A program made the position numbers and the translations under genes. From assembly GCF_009914755.1 (NCBI RefSeq), contig NC_060926.1: a stretch of DNA of 64,000 nt, one strand, 5' to 3'. Below the pieces are notes generated by a model, which saw only the letters and a list, made by a program, of their open reading frames with translations, was not told the origin of the DNA and ran no database searches. Positions within the stretch are counted from its first letter, which is position 1. The number at the start of each line of letters is the position of its first letter. Positions 54,161 to 64,000 of the stretch are shown here, in pieces. This DNA comes from the human T2T-CHM13v2.0 reference genome, Homo sapiens.

Positions 54161-55962
54161 TTTATTTTTATTTTACTGGGTACATAGTAGGTGTATATAT
54201 TCATGGGGCACATGAGATATTTTGATACAGGCATAGAATGCATAATAATTACCTCAGGGTAAATGGGGTATCCATCACCTCAAGCATTTATCCTTTCTTG
54301 TGTTACAAACAATCTGATTATACTTTTAGTTATTTTAAAATGTACAATAAACTGTAGTTACCCTGTTATGCTGTCAAATACTAGTTTTTATTCATCCTAT
54401 CTAATTATGTTTTTGTATCTATTAACCATCTCTATTCTCCCATCTTCACTAGCTTTCCCAGCCTCTGGCAACCATCATTCTATTCTTTATCTCCATGACT
54501 TCAATTGTTTAAAATTTTTTAGCTCCCACAAATAAGTGAGAACATGCGAAGTTTGTCTTTCTGTGCCTGGCTTATTTAACATAATTATCTCCAGTTTCAT
54601 CCATGTTGTTGCAGACCATCGGATCTCATTCTTTCTTGTGGCTATAGTACTCTATTGTGTATATGTACCAAATTTTTATTATCCATGAATCTTTTGATGA
54701 ACAATTAAGTTGCTTCCAAATCTCGGCTATTCTGAATAGTGATGCAGTAAATATGGGAGTGCAAATATTTCTTTGATTTCCAGATTTCTGATTTCCTTTC
54801 TGTATAACTAGCAGTGGGGTTGCTGCATCATATTGGTAGTTCTAAATTTAGTTTCTTGAAGAACCCCCAAACTGTTTTCAATAGTGGTTGCACTAATTTG
54901 CATTTCTATGAACAGTGCAGGAAGGTACCCTTTTCTCCACATCCTCACCAGCATTTGTTATTGCCTGTCTTTTGTAAATAAGCTGGGGTATTTTAACTTT
55001 TAACTGAGATAAATTGATACCTCATCAGTTTTGGTTTGTATTTCTCTGATGATCAATGATGTTGAGCACCTTTTCATACACGATTGCCATTTGTATATCT
55101 TCTTTTTAGAAATGTCTATTCAGAACTTTTGCCCATTTTTAAATCAGAATATTAGTTTTTTTCTTATTGACTTGTTTGAGCTCCTTATACATTCTGGTTA
55201 ATCCCTTGTCAGATGGATAGTTTGCAAATATTTCTCTCCCATTCTGTGGGTTGTGTCTTCACTTTGTTGATTGCTTTCTTTGCTGTGCAGAAACTTTTTA
55301 ACTTGAGGTGATCCCATTTGTCCAGTTTTGCTTTGGTTGCTTATGCTTGTGGGGTATTAAAAAAAAAAAAAACCTCTGCCCAGCCTAATGTTCTGGAGAG
55401 CTTCCCCAACATTTTTTTGTAGTGGTTTCGTAGCTTGGGCTCTCAGATTTGAGTATTTAATCCATTTTGATTTGATTTTTGTCTACGGTGAGAGGTAGTG
55501 GTCTAATGTCATTATTTTGCATATGGATATCCAATTATTTCAGACCTATTTACTGAAGACTGTCCTTTCTCCAATGTGTGCTCTTGGCACCTTTGTAAAA
55601 AATGAGTTCACTGTAGATGTATAGATTTATGTCTGGGTTCTCTATTCTGATCCATTGGTCTGTAAGTTTGTTTTTATGCCCGTATCATGCTGTTTGGTTT
55701 AGTGTAGCTCTGTAGTATAATCTGAAGTCAGGTAATGTAATTCTTCCAGTTTTATTCTTCTTGCTCAGGATGGCTTTGGCTATTCCATGTTTTTTGTGGT
55801 CCCATGTAAATTTTAGAATTATTTTTTCTATTTCTGTGAATAATCACTCATATTTTAATAGAGAGATTGATTTGAATATCTAGATTGCTTTGGACAGTGT
55901 GGATACTTTAACTGTATTGCTTCTTCCAATCCATAAACATAGAATATTTTTCCATTTTTTTG
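54161..55962 (-). mobile_element. L1MA2/3-like 3' ~1.8 kb
   Basis: GGGTACATAGTAGGTGTATATATT, GTAAATGGGGTATCCATCACCTCAAGCATTT, antisense ORF2 end. Confidence 0.92.
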
Positions 55963-56344
55963 TTACAGCACATACTACTTTCCTCTGGCTATCATTTCTA
56001 AAGATTGTAAAGACTATCCACGCAGGTTAGAATATCCAAAAGTAACATCTTGCCCTTCTTAGTGATCTCATTCCATCCTCACTCCCTTAGACAGATTAAG
56101 ATACTGTTGCAGATTAGGTCATGGCAATTCTATCAACTTAATCACAAAGAAGTTACTACTTAACTCTTTAATCTTTTCAGTTTTTCTTCTCTAGATTTTG
56201 CTTTATATTTCTCTCTTTCTTTAGTTTTTGTGGGACCTTACTTTTCCCGTACCTTTGTGTCCCTTACCTTATGTCCTTTACCTTTCCTTTTTAATTTAAC
56301 ATTTATAGATTTTTTCAATTTGTGTTTTTAATAAAAAAATTGTG

Positions 56345-57379
56345 TCCTCAGCCCTCTGCTCTTTTGAAGTCATAACTTCTTCAAAATACCTTTATTCAGT
56401 GTTCAACTACTATGTGTTTGCTAATCAATAAAAACAGACCTATCTCTTGTATAATCCAGAACTCTATCTCCAGTGGTCTGTCAGACATCTTTGCTTTCAT
56501 GTCAAAATGAAATAATTCATGCTAAAATGGAAATAATTAAAACAAATAACAAAGAAACAACCTTAGCCTTTTAACATTTGTCAGTTTTTTAAATGACATC
56601 ATTAGCCACCAAGCAAGCCACCTAAGACAAATTCACTTTTGTTTTTTTAACAGCACTGTCCTCTACCTTGCCCCATCTGATGGCCATCAAATTCCGCTGA
56701 TTCTACAGCTTTGATAGCTTATCAGCTCTGTTTTCTAGAATTCTTGCCACCCACTTAGTTCAGACTCCTGAAATTTTTTCAAACAGAATAAGGAATCTCT
56801 TATTTTGCTTGGCTGTGATCTTATCCTCATATCCTTTGCCAAACAGGCATAAAAGGCTCCAAATTGCTGCAAATCTCATCATATCATTTCCATTAAAATA
56901 ATCTTAAAGCTCCTTCAGGATTTTATTCAGCATAGAATTTTCATGATACCCATTCAAGATCTGGAACCTGCCCACTGCTCCAGCTTCCTTCTCATGTTTT
57001 ATGTCTGTGCATTATACATGCAATTCTTTTGCTTGAAATCTGATTCTCTCTTCCCCATCTTTTCCGTCTTTCATCTTTTATTAAAAATTGACCTGGCCGG
57101 GCACAGCGGCTCACGCCTGTAATTCCAGCACTTTGGGAGGCTGAGGCGGGTGGATCACGAGGTCAGGAGATCGAGACCATCCTGGCTAACACGGTGAAAC
57201 CCTGTCTCTACTAAAAGTACAAAAAATTAGCCGGGCATGGTGGCGGGCGCCGGTAGTCCCAGCTACTTGGGTGGCTGAGGCAGGAGAATGGCATGAAACC
57301 CCGGGGGGCGGAGTTTGCAGTGAGCCGAGATCGCGCCACTGAACTCCATCTTGGGCGACAGAGCGAGACTCTGTCTCAA

Positions 57380-57416
<37 letters not shown>

Positions 57417-57690
57417 GAAAAATTAACTTGAACATAGCCTTCAAAAAATATTTCTTAAGCCACAGCCAAATGTCCACAGCCCTTAATCTGTGCTCTCAGA
57501 GGATTCTGCATATTCTTCTTACATAAGAGTATGTAAGAAGTATTCACACTTCAATGTGCTCAATCATTCATTTGTCTGTCCCCTTTATGGCCTAAGCTCT
57601 TTGAGGGCAGGAGCTCTGCTTTATTAATTTTAAATCTCTAGCATTTATTACTGAGTCCAGTAAACTAAGTGTTAAACAAATATTAAGTAA
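56345..57690 (+). mobile_element. L2 remnant interrupted by AluY
   Basis: Decayed L2 motifs, ending TAAGCTCTTTGAGGGCAGG..CTCTAGCATTTA..AAATATT. Confidence 0.55.
57095..57417 (+). mobile_element. AluY with A/(GAAAA)n tail
   Basis: AluY diagnostics. TSD AAAAATTGACCT / AAAAATTAACTT. Confidence 0.96.
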
Positions 57691-60600
57691 AGATATAATT
57701 GCAAGAAACACACAGAAAATACTTCTATTTTATCTTTCTTGGGAGAGGTGATTACTTTTTATTATACCCTTCCCATTTCTACTGTTACCTATTTCCACTT
57801 TTTCTTACAAAATGAGACCTAACCCTAAAAATAATAATAATATTCTTGAAGGATAGTTAGTCTTTAATTCTCTGAATAGCTAGATATTTACAATTACATA
57901 ATTTCTTGAAAAACATGTGCTGAGTTATGCATTCTCAGGAGACATTCATTTAAATAGCTCAGAACACAGCTAAGTTCCCAGGGGAATAAAGTTAAGAACA
58001 CACATAGGGATTACAATCTCTAGGAGATAATACGTTGCCTACTTCTTCAGGGGAATTAGGAAATGAGTTGCATATAGCCTCATTAGGAGGACAGAAAGCT
58101 ACTGTCACTTTTCTAAGAGGTGCTCCGAGCATCATCTATTATTTTTTTCTTTTACGTTGTGCAGCTTATGGAAATAGCTATGATACCATTTACAATTTCT
58201 TTTTGGTGAGAGGCAATAGTCCTTTCTGAGTTATGATTATTATTAGTTCTACAAATGCCCTCTGGAATCTGTAAAGTTCATTTGTGCATATTATATTAAT
58301 TCACTAGCATGATTTTGTTAATTTACAAATCTAATTGCAAATTTCTGGAAAGAAAATATATACACACACATGGAATGTATACACATATGTATACATTCCA
58401 TATGTGTATATATGTAATGCATACACACAGGTAATGCATACACATATGTAATGTATACACATATACACATATGTGTGTATCTATCTATCTATCTATAGAG
58501 AGAATTTGACGAAGCACCAAAGTTGTAAGGCATGAATTCTGTACTAAAGAATTTGGACATTTTTAGGTGTGTGGGGCAGAGGAAGGGAAGATATGCAAAC
58601 ACAGACTAAAATAGGCTAAATGTCCAAGTATCTGGGCTTTAGGTATATTGTTCTCTTAGGAACACCTGTACTCAATTTTTATTTCACTCACTCATGAACA
58701 CTCAGTTATTAGACAGGTTCTAGCATTCTGATTTGTAATCCTCAAGGATTACCTTAGACTAAGTACCATAGATAACAAATAGCCAGTTTATAATGCAAAA
58801 TATTATATTGTTAAAGTGACCTGAAGTTTCTTATAACAATAAATAAATGTAATGAAATATTTTCTAATATATTGTCTGCAAATTAATGTGCTTTAAACTC
58901 AGAATAATTAGAAGTTACAAGATCTGGCCCTAACGATTGAAAGAGTAATTTCGCTTTTGGAGCCTTTCCTAAGGAAAACACCCGGACTATATTATAAGAA
59001 ATAGGTTTACACAAGTGATCTTCAAATTAGTGTTATGGTGGCAAACATAATAAAAAATCAGGAAGCAAATAATACTATAGCTAGGCAATGACCAGGCATT
59101 AATGCAGCCAATAATATAAACTTTTCTCTAAGTTTATGTCATGAGAAATGCTTTTGCTATGATAAGTAAAGCATTCAGGAGTCAGAAACATCTTTAATGT
59201 GTAAGTATGTTATAATTAAGCAAAAATACGCATTAAAAGGGGGTTAGTATTAAATAAATTAAACATTTAGGTAGCTTTTATCTGAGAATTGTCAAACTTT
59301 CAATTCTATTTTTATTCTAAGTATTTTATATTTTTAGAATTATGGATACATATTAAAACTATACTAAAAATAAACTTTATGTTTACAATTACATAAAAAT
59401 AAATGAAATTTAGTTACTATCTATAAAATCTAACAGCAATTTTTTTCTAACTTCCGGAATGACAATTGCTGGTTCTGTCTTCTAATACGCCAGTGAGTAA
59501 GTGAAAGGTCACAGAAATTTGAACTTACAGGATTCACTTTGCAGATAGTGTTTTATTATAATTTATTTTTTTAAGTTCTGAAACTTCTAAAATAAGTACT
59601 ATGTAATATTGTGGCCAAATTGCTTATCACATGTTAATAGTCACTTCTTTATCCCTTTTTTGGCAAATATACACCTCCTTCTATCCCAGCTTTAGTGAGT
59701 TTAAAGAGAATGAAAATCAAAGTTTCAATCAACACTGATCCAACTCTCAATTACCTAGAGAGCAAAGGTAAACCTAATAAGAATGTTACAACTCACTTAC
59801 AACCAAATTATAAACTACTAACCAATTTGGCTGCCAAAGTTGAAGTAGAGAATCACGTTGGTAACGTGTAGAGGTAAAAACCATCTTTTCTGTGCTAAAA
59901 TTGCCTATGTATCATCAAAATTTTAATACTGTTTTTTTGAATAATTCTAATATGTACAATTGCAGAAAACATTTAATGCAAGGTTAAGACAAGAGAAAAT
60001 ATGTATGTTAAATTTCTTATACAGTTGATATCAAAATCAATTGATTATCAGCTGCAAGATGGTCTGAAAATACAGGGGCGAGGGGTAAGAATGGTTATCA
60101 GTTCCACTATGTGCATTTTCCAAAATCACAAGAAGAAGAAGATTATTTCCTTTTTAAGAACTTTCCATCTTTGACAAACTTGTAACATATAAAGCTTCAA
60201 TTGGAATAATAACAATCTTGTGCTTTGTTTTAGCTTAAATAACCCAGTTGGGTCAACACTTCATGTCTGGAACAACAGACTATGTTTAATTCAATTTTAA
60301 GGGGAATGAAAAAAGACAGTGAGGGCAATGGAAATATACTACCCTATCGATACAAGGTGAGGAAAGCCAGGAAGGAACAATGGTGGAGAAAACGTCTCTT
60401 GAAGGAAATGAAACTAGAAAAGAGATGATTGCCTATCTACTGTATGGAAAATAATATAAGCCATTTAGAATGAAGGTCATTTATTAAAGGGAAGCTTCAG
60501 CAATGCTTTTACAGTAGACTTCATCAAATCTCAACATCTATTTGTATTTAATTTCTAGGCTGTCCAATCTCATATTGATGATTGTGGCTACCCACAAATT

Positions 60601-61190
60601 TTCTGATGTTCATGGATGCATGTTAAAATATCAAGCCAAAAATAGGCAAATCAAAGTAGCATAAAAAAAGTGAGAAAATGATAGTTGGATAGAAAATAGT
60701 GATTTATATTTTGGCATTATTTTAGCCATTTGAAAGACTATACTGATATTGCATTCAATTAAATGAAGCACGGGGAAATCAAATTTTAGAAGTAACATAA
60801 ATTTGTTTCTCCTCAAGAAGACATAGACTTGTTTTAGGCCAGGGGAAAATGACTTCTATCAATATCCATTCTAGCTCAAACACAATGGACATAAACAACT
60901 TTTTCACCTTTTTTTTTGCTTATTTACTCCACAATACATCATCTGGAAAAAGAAATGTACTCAGGGGCATGTTAAGCTTATGAGGAGCCATAAGGAAGGC
61001 ATCACTGGTAAGAAGGTTGAGTGTGAACTTACAGAAAAATTGACGTATCACTAAAAAAATTTTTAATGTCTAAGAACAATACATGTAAGGGCTAAGTAAA
61101 TCATAAGCTGTGAGCCTGTATCTCTGTCCAACTCAATTACATATTCCAAAAAATAACCACAGAACAATGTGCACAGGGTCATAAGTTATC

Positions 61191-61213
61191 ACACACACAC
61201 ACACACACACACA
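61191..61213. repeat. (CA)n microsatellite
   Basis: Seen directly. Confidence 0.95.
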
Positions 61214-62084
61214 GGCTATAGACTAAATACCTGCATATGTATATAAGCAATTATATTTTATCACCATGAAACATATCAGCACGTTAATTCAGATTTTAAC
61301 TTCTATTTTATCTGTGATAACAAAATAAACAAGGCCAAACAGATGGCATAAATACACATGAACTTTGGGGAAAAGGGGGCACAATTAAACTAAATTATAT
61401 AATTCTAGTTCTCCATAATAGAAATAGCACCTAGGTGTGCAACATATGAGCAAGAGTCAATTCCATACCATAATACTTACATTTTCCACATTTTATACTG
61501 TGTGGAGAGAGGCTGGATAGAGTCAGCACTGATGGTTTCAAAGAAGATAACATTTTTATTAATATTGGAATTATACACACACACAGGCACACACTCTCAT
61601 GGAGACACATTAATTCCATATATGTTTATTCAGAATTACATGTATTTTCTTAATATCCTCTCATGCTAAAATCTCTATGATGGATGACTAGGGTACATTG
61701 AATCCATTATGTTGAAGAGACATAATCTTATTTCAATTACATAAATGCAATACTGTATTTATTCTTGTGGGAAGATTGTTCTGATCTCTTTCAAGTCATG
61801 GGCTAAGTAAACTTTGGTACCCTAAGATTTTCCAAACCAAGTGAGCATATAGATCCCTATCTACAGCATGTGCACTTTATTATAAAAATTCTAATTTCAA
61901 AAGTCATAAACTTCTGAAGGCATAAACAGTAAGTTCTGAGATATAAAGGCAGGATCACAAAAAGCTAAAGCTCCCAATCACTTTATCATCTGTTTGAAGA
62001 AACCAATTAAACAATTATGTCAATAAATACCTCAGCCAAAAATTTGTTTTCTTTTATCATAATCTTTCTTTTTACATATATAAA

Positions 62085-62290
62085 ACCTGGCCATATGCCA
62101 GGAGTTGTGCTCGATGCTTTTTAAATGTTATCTTCTCTCATAACAACAGAATTTTAAAATATTTTATCAGTGAGAAAACTGAAGCATAGAATAACTTGCT
62201 AAGGCCACCCAATGAGTAAAGAGTAGGGATGGTCTTTGAATCTCAACTACAGCCTCTTAGAGCTCATTTTCTTACCTATTACATTATATA
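62085..62290 (-). mobile_element. MIR
   Basis: ATGCCAGG..TGTGCT, TGAGAAAACTGAAGCA, TAACTTGCTAAGGCCAC. Confidence 0.7.
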
Positions 62291-63160
62291 GCCCCTTACT
62301 TTATTAAATTTGAAGAAGTAGGTTTAAGTAACTAACTCATTAATGATGTTTGGTACAAATTAAATTCCATATTCCAAATTAATGATTCATGGGTTGGAAA
62401 GGAGATCCTCAAATTCATCCTAATCCTCCACAGACACCTCCCAGAGTATAATATATCTGGCATATGTCTGGCAATTGTTATATATTTGCTAATCAACAAA
62501 TGAAAGAATACAGTATGACTACTCAAGTCAACTTAGATGGGGAGATGTCATTATCTAAGGCTTACTGTTTTATGAAATAGTGGCTTTGACTCTGTTTCAA
62601 AGTGATAGAACTATTCTTGATGCTGCAATAACTCAATCATTATAAATTCCATAGACACTGGAATCATTACAATTGGTCTTTTCCGTGGTATTCATTAGAT
62701 TGGGAATTGATTAGAGATAATACCTAAGTTTGAATAAAGGCTTATACATTTTAAAGCATGAAGATAACAGACAACATTGACGACAGCAAAAATAGAATGA
62801 AAAGGAACATTATATGCTAGAACTAAAAGTAGTCACTATGTGTATTTGTTGATGCCTAAGATCAGTTATAGTAAATTAAGCTTTCTTAATGGGATTCTGA
62901 TGCTTTTTCAATATACTTTAGTAAACCAAACCCATTAGAATAACCTTCAATTGTGGTTTGTGTCTTTTTTTAAAAATGACCAAAGATTCTTCTTAATTGT
63001 ATAAAGCAATTTAATAAGCAAATATTTAAATATGAACTATATGCAGTTGACAGTCTCTGACTACTAAGAGATCAGACTCTACCAACATTTGGATAATTAA
63101 TTTTAGTGATAAAAGAGGCAAATGCCAATGGAGAAGTAATCTAAAATGCCTGTGCTTTCT

Positions 63161-63503
<343 letters not shown>

Positions 63504-63843
63504 TAAGAGGGCTTATCTAAGGGAAAGGCTAATTATTTCAAATGGCTCCTCTGTAAAGTCACAGCTCTGCAACCTCCTGTCAGTTGTGAAACTTTCAGAA
63601 AAGAATTGAAAAGATCTCTGGGTGAGTGGGAAAGTGTTGGTTTCCATGGAGAAAATGATTTGGCTCTAGATGACTGCCTGTTCTAGAGAATGATGAGAAA
63701 CCCCATTGCTGACATAGACTAAACCATAACAATTTTATCTCTAATATATTTGATGAAAATTCTAGACAAAATAGCCATTCTTCATGATCTTCCATTTAAT
63801 ATTCCTTATGACACCATTCAGAAATGAAATGAGTACTCTGGAA

Positions 63844-64000
63844 TTTTTTTTTTTTTTGAGATGGAGTCTCGCTATGTTGCCAAGGCTGGAATTCAGTGGT
63901 ACGATCTGGGCTTGCTGCAACCTCTGCCTCATGAATTCATGCAATTCTCCTTCCTCAGCCTCCCAAGTAGCTGAGATTACAGACTACGCCACCATGTCCG
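63844..64000 (-). mobile_element. AluS, cut by the window edge
   Basis: Poly-T followed by the antisense Alu right monomer. Confidence 0.9.

Overview
This is AT-rich, gene-poor primate genomic DNA. AluY, L1PA and HERV-W/HERV-H LTRs point to a catarrhine, most likely human or another ape; the locus itself could not be identified. No protein-coding gene, RNA gene or CRISPR array is supported. The ORFs in the track are L1/Alu/ERV fragments, simple-repeat artefacts or short ORFs with no recognisable product. Roughly half of the window is transposon-derived: a near full-length L1PB inserted in a MER31 LTR, several truncated L1PA/L1M copies, about 12 Alus, solo LTRs (THE1D, LTR17, LTR7, MER67-, LTR41-, MER92-like), an old ERVL pol/dUTPase remnant with four nested insertions, MER20, MER58A, MIR and L2. 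Subfamily names come from recalled consensus sequences and need RepeatMasker/Dfam confirmation. I found no new biological system. The most interesting signals are fossils of unusual insertion or repair events: an AluY with a twin-priming-type 5' inversion; an L1PA whose 5' end carries a 92-bp copy of a neighbouring Alu; a 68-bp duplication ending exactly at an LTR7 integration site; a 10-nt fold-back insertion that turns the LTR17 poly(A) site into a perfect hairpin; a ~47-bp templated patch in an old L1; and a perfect 32-bp palindrome. There is also a speculative chain of minus-strand non-coding exon candidates and two convergent CTCF-like motifs.
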